Shown here: positions 12,332 through 24,107 of the stretch, one piece after another
How the letters are laid out: every line of letters starts with the position of its first letter
Numbering within the stretch: the first letter of the stretch is position 1
DNA from: Octopus sinensis
Taxonomy: Eukaryota
Length of the DNA stretch: 64,000 nucleotides
Direction: 5' to 3'
Assembly: GCF_006345805.1 (NCBI RefSeq)
Contig: NC_043017.1
Location: 10,912,001 to 10,976,000, forward strand
Position numbers and translations under genes: made by a program
Notes under the pieces: generated by a model
Databases searched by the model: none
Seen by the model: the letters and a program-made list of their open reading frames with translations, nothing else
What the model was told of the DNA's origin: nothing

Positions 12332-13889
12332 TAAAATAAGTACCAGTTACATACTGGGGTCGATCTGGTCGACTATCCCCCCCTCCTTAGAATTGCTGGT
12401 TTTAAACCATTATTATTTGTGGTGCCTGTTCTGTCTCTTTGCATTTTAACCACAGCATCGATGATGATGCTGGTGCCAAGTTGTATATTGGACCAAGTCA
12501 GCAGGCTTTCTCTTGAGATTTGGGCCATAAAGAAGAACCTGCAAGAACGTTCTGATGCTGGTACATACGCTTCCCATGAAAGCTCAACTGATGGCACGAG
12601 CCCAAGACCAAGGAGGCAGATTTACAGACACGTTCCTTCCATCCTTTCTATTATTGCTCATCAGGGATGGTCTTGTCTGGCTACTGCTTTTGTACTAAGC
12701 AACAAGCCATGCATCAGTCATTGTATTTTGGAGACCCTCCAGAATATTGTGAGGGTGTGGTTATGATGTTTGCTTTTCAACCGCATGGTTCTGGGTTCAA
12801 TTTCACTGTGAGGTACCTCATTCAAGTGCATTCTACTTAGACTACTGCAATTTCAGGCCAACCAAATTGTTGTGAATTTGGTTGACAGAAACTGAAAGAA
12901 GCCCTGTGTGTGTCCATGTGTGTGTGTGTGTGCTTACTTGTCTTGATATTGCATGATATTTGTAGATGAGTGTCAATGTCATTCAAGCAATCTACCGTGG
13001 AAGCATGTCTGGCCGTGGAAGGGAATATCCCCTTGCTTGGAAACTGCTGGTGAGGATTGGTGACAGGAATGGTATCTGGCTATACAGGTGGCGAGCTGGC
13101 AGAAACATTAGCACGCCGGGCGAAATGCGTAGCCGTATTTCGTCTGCCGTTACGTTCCGAGTTCAAATTCCGCCGAGGTCAACTTTGCCTTTCATCCTTT
13201 TGGGGTCGATAAATAAAGTACCAGTCACACACTGAGGGTTGCTGTAACTGACTTCCCCCTTCTCCCTAAAATTGCTGGCCTTGTGCCAGTTTCCAACTGG
13301 GGTCGATGTAATCGACTTAATCCCTTTGTCTGTCCTTGTTTGTCCCCTCTATGTTTAGCCCCTTGTGGGCAGTAAATAAATATATACAGGATACATTTCA
13401 ATGAATTCTGTCTGATCCATGCAAGCATGGCAAAGCTGACATTAAAAGATGCTGAAGATGTTCATTTTTGTATCCCTAATACTAGAAACACCACCACTCA
13501 ACTGAAGTCAGTGTTATTGGCAGACAAAACACAAGATAGCTAAAGATCTTTGGAAGATCATGGGGAACAGAAATTTCTGGTGCAGTGTTATGAAAGACAG
13601 CTTGGTTACTGGAAGAAAATGGAAGAGTTTGTACATACAAATATATATCCATGAAGCTAGGTTTTCGAATTTCAACAAAATTTCTTATAGATATGGAGTT
13701 TGGGTTTATTTAAAAGAAAGTATTTTGCAGTTGAGTGGTTAAGAAATGAGGGTTCAGTTTTCATTGGGTTGGTTTGTCTTTTTTTAATTTTTATATTCAT
13801 GTTTATATATATATATATATCTGTAAAAGTATCTGTGGTCTGTGAACATATATACACACACACACAGATGTATACATTCAGTGTGAGTG

Positions 13890-13920
<31 letters not shown>

Positions 13921-14345
13921 TACATACACACGTAATGCATGCATGTGTTTGCATGTATGTATATAAATATATATCCATTCTGTGCATTTTGTACATATGT
14001 GTAAAGATATGATGTATATGTGAGCGTATATGTAAATATTTTTACACATGTATACAAAATAAGTTTGTATATTTATCCATATATCTGTCTCTTTATCTCT
14101 CCATTTATCCATCTATATGTGTGTATGTGTTGAGAGAGAGGGTGGGATAGAGATACAAATTTATGTGTGTATACATACATGCCATGCCCAATGTTGAGTA
14201 CAGACTAAAGAAATTGTTTTATTGGATTTTGTGTACAATGGTGTTATTATGATTCTTGTGTATGTATGTGTGTGAGAGAGAGAGAGAGATTATTTATTTT
14301 CAAGACTGTTTAAATAATATTCTATCTTTGACTGTTATCTTCCAG

Positions 14346-14434
14346 CAGGAACATGAAGACAGAGCTGTCAGACCAGCTGTGAAGAAAGTTGATTTTGATG
14401 TCACTGCAAAAGAGAAAGTTGAAGAGCCAACAAG
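14346..14434 (+). CDS. CNKSR: CNK-family gene exon (QEHEDRAVRPAVKKVDFDVTAKEKVEEPT), phase 0-2
   Basis: Acceptor gttatcttccag, donor AAG|gtaatt. The phase fits the 31940 exon. Confidence 0.75.
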
Positions 14435-15005
14435 GTAATTACATAAGAACCCCGGCAGACCTGTGTCGGCGTTTTTGCCAACAGTTTTATTAACGATAGA
14501 AAATGGCACACCAGTGCAATGGAGATAGCCATTAATAAATGTCAGCATTCTGGTAAATACATGTACATACACAGAATTGATGTAGTTGAAGAATCAGATA
14601 GGATTCTAATGTCTCAGTAGAAAATATCACCCACATAATGTGTGTGTGTACATATATATGTACATATATACATACATATATACACACATATCTATATATA
14701 CACCACCGCAAATTATATATACATTGTACATATATATATATATAAAATAAATAAATAAATGAAAGAATGGAGTTGAACGACGAATATGCAGCCTTCGAAA
14801 CATATGTCGAGAATAAAGGAATTTTGTTAAATCGTCGTTCAACTCCATTCTTTCATTTATTTGTATTAAAAAAAACACAAATTTCCACACGAAAGCACGT
14901 GATCTCTGCCCTTGGCATGTAGCTTCAAGCGTGTTTTTCTGACGTGAATTTGCTACCAGGTATCGGTTAACCGAATTATCCATACTAAGATAATTCATTC
15001 AACTA

Positions 15006-15042
<37 letters not shown>

Positions 15043-16392
15043 ATAAAAAATATATATAAAAATACAAAATGGGACAAGAACGCAAAACACTCAAAGAGAC
15101 AACACAAGAAAAAACAGACGGGTCATTCGAAGCCTCTAATCTCCAGTCAAGAACCGGATCATCCTCACAATTTCGGCTGATAGAGATTGTTAAGTAGATA
15201 CATTATATATTACACATACATACACTTATTTTATACACATATCTTTTCTTCTCTCTCTCTCTCTCTCTTTAATATATATTATATTAAATTAGAGACAAAA
15301 CCACTATTATGCAAAAAAAACAAAGAAAGACTTAATCCAATACATAAATTAATTAATATTATTTAGAAATTTAACAATTATTAATATTTGCATACATTAT
15401 ATAGATACATACACACGCATACATTATAAATATATATGTTTACACACACATGTATATGAGTGTATATATACACACACACTCTTCAATTTTGCTGTCATTA
15501 TTTTATATCAGTGAGCACGTGTGTGTGTGTATTTATATATGTACATACACGCACACACATGCTTATATAATAAGGTTACGTTATCTATATTGGTACACAC
15601 ACACACTCATTTTGTTTAATCATTACATCAATAAACATATATACACGTATTTGTACACACATACACATGTATGTATAAATCTGTGTGTGTATATATGTTC
15701 GTGTGTGTGCATACATACACACACTCCTGTTTTGTTTAATCATTATTTTATATCTGTTAGCACATAAACACGCATGTATAAGATATAGATTCAGAGAGTC
15801 CTGCAGTTATCACAGTAAGCTCCTCCTACAGACTTGGCTATCAATCCTCATAGTAATTAATTACAAAGAGGTATAACATAAATGGCTGTAATCCTTTGGA
15901 AGTCATATACTTAAATGAACCTGTATTCATCTCCCATACTTTCTTTCTTTGCATCATTTACACTCATGTATATATGTTTGTATATATGCATGTGTGTGTG
16001 TGTGTCTGCATAGTCTGCTTCAAGGTTCCATTTTCATTCCCCTTCTCTTCCCCCCTATACATCACCACCCTCTCCTCTGTGCTACTCACCCGTGCAGATG
16101 GATGTAGTCCATATGCAGCCCAGAGCTCAGACACCAAACCCGTACTGACTCTGTGAGCAGAGATCTTGGAAATATTCTTCAGTGTATGTGCAGGCATGGC
16201 TGTGTGGACATTATCAGCTGCTGTCCTCTGTCCTGTAGCTGTGGGATGACCATTACCTTGGGAGCGAAATTGTTTAGATGGAAACTGAAGGAATCATCAT
16301 GTCTGTCTGTCTCTCTCATATATATATGTAAGGTGTGTGTATAAAATCAATATGAACTTTTGTTTACAATGTTTCATCAAAATGGAAAACTA

Positions 16393-16648
16393 CAAATGTC
16401 ACTAAATGCAAGTAGGGTGTTAAGAAACACCTACATTGCTAGAAATAAGAGCTAAAATGCTCTAATGCTCTAGCTAATGCACATGAATGAAAACATATAC
16501 ACTAACAGGGACCATATGGTTAGCATTCTCAGTCGGCACTTTTCAGACGATTATGGTCCCTGTTCATTAACTACAGCATTAGAATGTTTTAGCTCTTATT
16601 TCTAGCAATGTAGTTTTCTAACACCCTAGTCATATTTAGTGACATTTG
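16393..16648. mobile_element. Fold-back MITE with TA target site (Tc1/mariner-type)
   Basis: About 100-bp imperfect inverted arms starting CAAATGTCACTAAAT, with TA on both sides. Confidence 0.75.
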
Positions 16649-17483
16649 TATAAGTGTGTGTGTATCTATGTATGTGTATGTATATATATGCGTGTGTGTA
16701 TGAATGCTGGCATTCAATTGGCGTATCAAGTTTAGGGCATTTTGATTGGGTTTTGGATAGAAAATTCACGAAAAAGTCACTTGTATTGATTTTTTAATGG
16801 CGTTGCGGGGTGACTGGGGAAATGTAAAGATGTGCACGACCACCCTTGGACAGTTTTGAATGACCATAGAAAGTGCGAGCCCTCTAACTGAAAAATTGTG
16901 GATTTGTATAAAGGACACACACACACACACAGATATTTTGCCGTTTATATATATAGAGATTTTTCTTTCTCTCTCTCTCTCTCTCTCTATCCACACATAC
17001 ACATCTTAAAAAAGTTAGACCTCATCGTTGTTAGAATTCCCTCTGGGGATCTCACACCCTTGCTAAAAGTACTCTAATCATAACCCATTACAAAACTGAA
17101 GCGATTTCCTACAATGCAATTCTTCCCCATCCCAGATTCCAGCATCTCACATGATGTCCAACATCATATGTGAACTGAAGGAAAGGCCAAAGCAAAACTG
17201 GTCAGCCAACTGTTGGACACTCACCCCCCAATCTTCTCACTTCTCTCCCCATCTTTTCTTTTATCTTTTGCTTGTTTCAGTCATTCGACTGTGCCCATGC
17301 TGGGGCACTGCTTTGAAGAATTTTTAGTCAACTAAATTGACCCCAGTCTTTTTTTTGTTAATGCCTGGTATTTATTGTATCAATCTGTTTCACTGAGCTG
17401 CTAAGTTACGGGGATGTAAACACACCAACACTGGTTGTCAGTTGATGGTTGAGGACACACAAAGACATGGATACATGTTTACT

Positions 17484-17680
17484 CTTTTACTTGTTTCAGT
17501 CATTTGACTGTGGCCATGCTGGAGCACCACCTTTTTAGTCGAGCAAATCGACCCCAGGACTTATTCTTTGTAAGCCTAGTACTTATTCTATCAGTCGCTT
17601 TTGCCGAACCGCTAAGTGACGGCGACGTAAACACACCAGCATCGGATGTCAAGCGATGTTGCGGGAGAAACACAGACACA

Positions 17681-17711
<31 letters not shown>

Positions 17712-17870
17712 CGACGGGCTTCTTTCAGTTTCCGTCTACCAAATCCACTCACAAGGCTTTGGTCGGCTCGAGGCTATAGTAGAAGACACTTGCCCAAGGT
17801 GCCACGCAGTGGGATTGAACCCGGAACCATGTGGTTGGTAAGCAAGCTACTTACCACACAGCCACTCCTG
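17484..17870 (-). mobile_element. tRNA-headed SINE family A (ggagtggctgtgtggtaag...gactgaaacaagtaaaaga)
   Basis: Pol III A/B-box-like head, ccttgggcaagt motif, internal TA/CA tract. More than 15 copies in the window. Confidence 0.9.
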
Positions 17871-17959
17871 CATATATACACACATCATCATCATCATTTA
17901 ACGTCTGTTTTCCGTGCTGGCATACATATGTGCACAACGAGATTGTTTCAGTTCTCATC

Positions 17960-18543
17960 ATCCGACGACAGACACCCATCCCAAGCCCCCATGCTTGCGA
18001 AGACATGTTGGGGCAAGCGAAATCGAATCGAAATCGAAACCGAATTGAACCAGCCAGGATCCCTGGCCTGGTGTTACGTAAAAAGCACTATCCGACTCGG
18101 GGCCGTGGCACGTAAAATACTCCAATGCGACCGTACGACAGGCACCCATGCCAACCCCCTTTGCTTGTGAAGACATGTTGGGGCAAGCGAAATCGAAATC
18201 GAATTGAACCAGCAGGATCCCTGGTCTGGTGGTACGTAAAAAGCACTATCCGACTCGTGGCCGATGCCAGCACCGCTTCGACTGGCTTCCGTGCGGTGGC
18301 ACATAAAATACACCAATTGACCGTGGCCGTTGCCAGCCCCGCCTGGCACCTGTGCAGGTGGCACGTAAAAGCACCCACTACACTCACGAGTGGTTGGCGT
18401 TAGGAAGGGCATCCAGCTGTAGAAACATTGCCAAATTAGACTGGAGCCTGGTGCAGCCTTCTGGCTTCCAGAACCCCGGTGAACCGTCCAACCATGCTAG
18501 CATGGAGAACGGACGTTTAAACGACGATGATGATGATGATGAT
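17960..18543 (+). mobile_element. RTE LINE 3' UTR copy with an internal ~170-bp tandem duplication
   Basis: Same 3' end and GAT tail as 3657-4183. The block gaagacatgttggggcaagcgaaatcg...ccgactcg occurs twice. Confidence 0.8.
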
Positions 18544-18835
18544 CTACCAAATCCACTCACAAAACTTTGGTTGGGTTGAGGTGCCATACAGTGGGATGGA
18601 ACCCAGAAGCATGTGGTTAGGAAGTGAACTCGTTAGCAGTCCAGTCTTCGGAGATGGTCGCTTTTGTTCCAGCTCTGATCCAGGCTCATCGACTAACCTA
18701 ATCTCTGCTCCTTTCGTCACCTCTGACGCCTCTCCCCACCCATACATAGAAACCACTGTGTGTGATTCTCTTGTAAAGGGAACATCGGCACCCAGGAATC
18801 CCCCCCCCCAACACCCACTCACCTTTGCCCACATA

Positions 18836-19045
18836 CTCTTTACTCTTTTACTTGTTTCAGTCATTTGACTGTGGCCATGCTGGAGCACCGCCTTTAATCG
18901 AGCAACTCGACCCCGGGACTCATTCTTTTGTAAGCCCAGTACTTATTCTATCGGTCTCTTTTGCCGATGCGCTAAGTAACGGGGACATAAACACACCAGC
19001 ATCGGTTGTCAAACAATGCTAGGGGGACAAACACAAACACACACA

Positions 19046-19094
<49 letters not shown>

Positions 19095-19152
19095 AGCTTG
19101 TGAGTGGATTTGGTAGACGGAAACTGAAAGAAGCCCGTCGTATATATGTATG

Positions 19153-19225
<73 letters not shown>

Positions 19226-19435
19226 GGAAACTGAAAGAAGCCCGTCGTATATATGTATATATATATATATATATATATACGACGGGCTTCTTTCAGTTTC
19301 CGTCTACCAAATCCACTCACAAGGCTTTGATCGGCCCGGGGCTATAGCAGAAGACACTTGCCCAAGGTGCCACGCAGTGGGACTGAACCCGGAACCATGT
19401 GGTTGGTAAACAAGCTACTTACCACACAGCCACTC
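18836..19435 (-). mobile_element. SINE family A copy with internal inverted duplications at its TA tract
   Basis: Family match; + oriented segments at 19094-19150 and 19221-19260. Confidence 0.9.
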
Positions 19436-20355
19436 CAGCTGTTTCTGACAAATGTTAATGGGGTGGACCTTGCTGAGGTCATAGTGACTTTGGAAGACTT
19501 GGGACGAACCTCGTTCCTTGAGACCAAACCTTAAAAATAAATTTAACAGTATACATACACGTATGCGTGTATACACACACACGAATACATGTTTCATATG
19601 AAGTGTGTGTGTGTATGTATAAATGTCTCAAACACGTTAGGTTTTGAATCTGAGGCCGTACTGAACAGAATTATTCAAACATATTTGTGTGTATGTATAC
19701 GAACGTATTGACTGCTCTTTCGTTTGTGTAGTTTCACACACAAGTGAAAGAAACAGACACATTTAAACTGTCCCATTTTCTCCTTCTGACTACACTTCTA
19801 CACCCTATTGCCACCCCTGCTCGCGCGCCTGTGTATATAATATCTATTATCCATCCATCCATCCATCCATCCATTCATTCACTCGCCCTTCTCTTTTCCC
19901 CTGCCCCTTTCCCTGTGATTACCCTTCCACTCTACTGTGTCCTCTTTTCTTCTCCTGTCACACCCTAACCCCTCATCTGTCAACACTTCAGTCTGTCGAG
20001 GAACGGAACCCTCCACCGCTCCACTATACCCTATAAAGTAACCATTCATACGAGCCCTTAGTCCCCTGCAACCAACCATCAGCGCTGATATCCCGTCAAA
20101 ACTTCACTCATTCTCTCATCATCCTTCTCGCCTTCCTTCCTGCTACCCCTCCCCTCTTCTCTTTATTCATCTGCGGTCACACACACACTTACACACACCA
20201 CCCGGTTTGTTCATTCATTGAAGAAAGGAAGATTGATGTATTTCGGTAAGAACTGCGCTTTTTTTTTTCGTCTAGAGCGAAAACGAAAAATCTGTCACAT
20301 GCTGTCAACCGGGTTTCTATGTATCGTGATGTGTGTGTGTATATATATATATATC

Positions 20356-20388
<33 letters not shown>

Positions 20389-20496
20389 CACACATACATA
20401 CACACACACACACACACACTTATATATATATATATATACACATACATACACACACACACACACACACCACATATATATATATACACACACATACAT

Positions 20497-20529
<33 letters not shown>

Positions 20530-21390
20530 CACACATAAACACGTGTGCGCTTGTGGATTGTGTGAATACAATGGGAAAATTGCGAAGAGAGAATTTTTTT
20601 GCATGCATTATAATACGTGTGGATGTATAACATGTATACATGTATGTTATACACATATATTTGTATGTGTGTATATGTATATATATATGTTTCTTTATTA
20701 GCCACACAAGATACGTACATGTGTGTATATCTGTGCCTGTTTATATAGCATACATGCAATAGTTGTATGTATATTATACATGTGTCCGTACACACACACA
20801 CACACAGACAGATTAGTGACAGTGACCGTAAAAATATGTATGTGAGAATTCGTGTATATATATATATATGTTGTACATGTCTGTTTTGTGCTCCGTCGTT
20901 CATTTTAAGCATTTTACTGTTATGTTTTACCCCCAAATAGAAAAGGGTGGGTGTTTTACCTCGATTCAGTAAAAAACCACTCGAGGTGAATTCTGACCAA
21001 CAGTTGATTCCAACAGTGACCACCTTGGGATCTTGCCTTTCCTTGGATATGTTAAGAACTGAATCATTGAACATGCTTTTTTTAAAAATCCTTATTTAAA
21101 ACGATACAGTGCAATTGGTAGAGCTAGAGACTTGGCTGCTATTTCTAGCGGCCTGAGCGACCACATAGAGAATCTCTGGTATTGGAGGGTGTGGTAAGCA
21201 TTGTAATCGCGCGCGTGAGAGTGAGTATTTATGTGTGTGTGTTCATATTAACAGATGTGTCTGTGTGTCTGTGTGTGTAAGCGCTACATGTTGGATTATT
21301 ATGTCAGCTTGTGTGTGCGTGTTGAACGAGATAACAAGCACGTGCTTCGTGACGAAGCGTGAACCGGTTGAATGGCGTGCTTTGTGTATT

Positions 21391-21619
21391 ACTCTTTTAC
21401 TTGTTTCAGTCATTTGACTGCGGCCATGCTGGAGCAGCGCCTTTTAGTCGAGCAACTCGACCCTGGGACTTATTCTTTTTGTAAGCCCAGTACTTATTCT
21501 ATCGGTATCTTTTTGCCGAACCGCTAAGTTACGGGGACGTAAACACACCAGCATCGGTTGTCAAGCAATGCTAGGGGGACAAACACAGACACACAAACAC
21601 ACACATACACACACACACC

Positions 21620-21657
<38 letters not shown>

Positions 21658-21810
21658 CGACAGGCTTCTTTCAGTTTCCGTCTACCAAATCCACTCACAA
21701 GGCATTGGTCGGCCCGGGGCTATAGCAGAAGACACTTGCCCAAGATGCCACGCAGTGGGACTGAACCCGGAACCATGTGGTTGGTTAGCAAGCTACTTAC
21801 CACACAGCCA
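21391..21810 (-). mobile_element. SINE family A, young copy
   Basis: Family match. Confidence 0.92.
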
Positions 21811-22116
21811 TGATATAATAATAATGGTAATTCTTTCTACTCTCGGCACAAGGCCTGCAATTTTGGGTGAGGGGACTAGTCGATTACATCGACTCCAGTG
21901 TTTCACTGGTACTTAATAATTTATCGACTCCGAAAGGATGAAAAGCAAAGTTGACCCCGGCAGAATTCGAACTCCGACCGCAAGGACGGACGAAATGCCA
22001 TTAAGCATTTTACCCAACCTGCTAACCATTCTGCCAGCTCGCCGCCTTAATAAAAAACAAATAATAATAAAATAATAATAATAATGATAATAATAGTAGT
22101 AGTAGTAGTAGTAGTA

Positions 22117-22521
22117 GGCGCAGGAGTGGCTGTGTGGTAAGTAGCTTGCTAACAAACCACATGGTTCCGGGTTCAGTCCCACTGCATGGCATCTTGGGCA
22201 AGTGTCTTCTGCTATAGCCCCGGGCCGACCAATGCCTTGTGAGTGGATTTGGTAGACGGAAACTGAAAGAAGCCTGTCGTATATATGTATATATATATAT
22301 AAGTGTGTGTGTATATGTTTGTGTGTCTGTGTTTGTCCCCCTAGCATTGCTTGACAACCGATGCTGGTGTGTTTACGTCCCCGTAACTTAGCGGTTCGGC
22401 AAAAAGATACCGATAGAATAAGTACTGGGCTTACAAAGAATAAGTCCCGGGGGTCGATTTGCTCGACTAAAGGCGGTGCTCCAGCATGGCCGCAGTCAAA
22501 TGACTGAAACAAGTAAAAGAG
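22117..22521 (+). mobile_element. SINE family A, young copy, inverted partner of 21391-21810
   Basis: Family match with shared diagnostic variants. Confidence 0.92.
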
Positions 22522-24072
22522 TAAAGAGTAGTAGTAGTAGTAGTGCAGTCTTCGGCCTTTTCTAAATTTTTTAACTAAATATTCACAGGCTATTTTTTAT
22601 AGCTTTATCCACTTCGAGTCCCACCGTTAAAAACGATATATCGCGCTTTGCAACCACACTTGCCCGCTTCTGTAACCCGCTCCCCCACCATCACACGCGA
22701 ACAGCTCAACGCCTTGAGCAAGTATCTTCGTTATTGTGAATCGAAGGTGGTAGATGAGAATTGTGTGTGTATTTATTTATAATTATGTGTGTGTGCGTGT
22801 TTATGCACATATATGTGTGCGTTTGTGTATAAATGTATTATTTATGTATACACACACACACATATATATATATATATCCCTCTCTCTCTTTCGGAGAGGC
22901 ACTGAGCAGCTATACGCACACATACACACACGGCAGTAACTTCCACCTACCGAATTCAATCACAAAGCTCCGGTCGGCTCGGGGCTATAGTGGAAGACAC
23001 CTACCCAAAGTGCTACGCATATATATATAAAAATATGCGCGCACACACACACATTTGACATACAGTAGCTTTACCTCTTGTCCAAAGAGGATGCTTTTAT
23101 AGGGTCACTCCATATGCTAGAAATAGCAGCCATATCTCTATCTTATCCTAATGTACTGATTTTAAAAAGATAAATGGAAAAACATTTTATGGAGATCACT
23201 ATTTTGCAGGTCAGTGTGTCAGATATTGTCTATTCAGTCAGTAGGATAACTTGTTAAACAACAATGAAAATGTTTAAAAACTCACAAAATATAAGTTTCA
23301 TAAACTACAAAATATTAATATTCACACAACTTGAATAGTACCTGTTATAACTCTTTATCTCAATTTGAATGTAGGTGAAGAAGGTTTTTAGAATGGCCAA
23401 ACTTATTGCTGCAAATGTGCTAAGCACTGGTGCTGAATCATAGTTTAATCAATAAGCCAGGGACGTGCCACCTAGGTAGACAAGGTAGGCACTGCCTACC
23501 TTCAATAAAATAGATTGAGAGCAACAGTTTCCTATTGTGGAAAAATATTCACCTAATTCAATAAAATTATGAAGGTCAGTCTGATTATTATGCATAAAAT
23601 GTAAAATGTTCTTTTTTTTTTTTTAGATCAGGCAGGCATAATTCTCCCCTGCTTTTCAATCTCAGTATTTAAGCTATGCATAGAACTGCTGTAGTACATG
23701 TGCTGTGTACATTCCTACAACAATGTTTTCTTTATGTGTTATAAAGGCAGAAGTAAATCTGCCTTCAACTCAGTCACGTGCCTGTGTTTTGCTTAGTTTT
23801 TCTGTGTTTAATTAAATAAATGTCACCAACTGTCTACCCTGACAGTAATTACTGACAATATATGCTTGCAATAAGCATAGGAGCAAGGTAAATGCAGTAA
23901 AAATAGTGGGGCCCCATTTAAGCGGCCCTTCAGAAATTGAACCTCCTTCTGCATTTGAAAATAAATTATCTTATGCGTTTTTTACAGTATATACATTCAA
24001 AATGTGATCGCGTGTGTACCGTTGGCGATTTTTTTTTCCTCTGTCTTCCCTTCTCTGGATCTTTCCTTCTAT

Positions 24073-24107
24073 GTTTCCGACGAAGAGCTCCGCTTGAAAT
24101 GTTAAAC
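24073..24107 (+). ncRNA. Minimal type I hammerhead ribozyme fold (variant core CCGACGA), slightly decayed
   Basis: GTTT-CCGACGA-A-GAGC(TCC)GCTT-GAA-ATGT-T-AAAC. Stem III is ACGT with one CpG-type change. Confidence 0.65.

Noticed and set aside
12419-12766. 115-aa ORF with a plausible acceptor at 12455
   Set aside because: The only donor gives phase 1, which does not fit the phase-0 exon at 14346, and there is no recognisable homology.
15050-15180. Repeat also present at 24225-24356, with CTGAAGA and GAAA on the minus strand, considered as a hammerhead
   Set aside because: Stems II and III cannot be formed in any permutation; left as an unclassified repeat.
19437-19532. LTNVNGVDLAEV, superficially PDZ-like
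   Set aside because: Wrong position in the gene, no splice signals, closes with a stop.
23458-23784. hAT-like ends cagggacgtg / cacgtgcctg
   Set aside because: No matching TSD, so not called.
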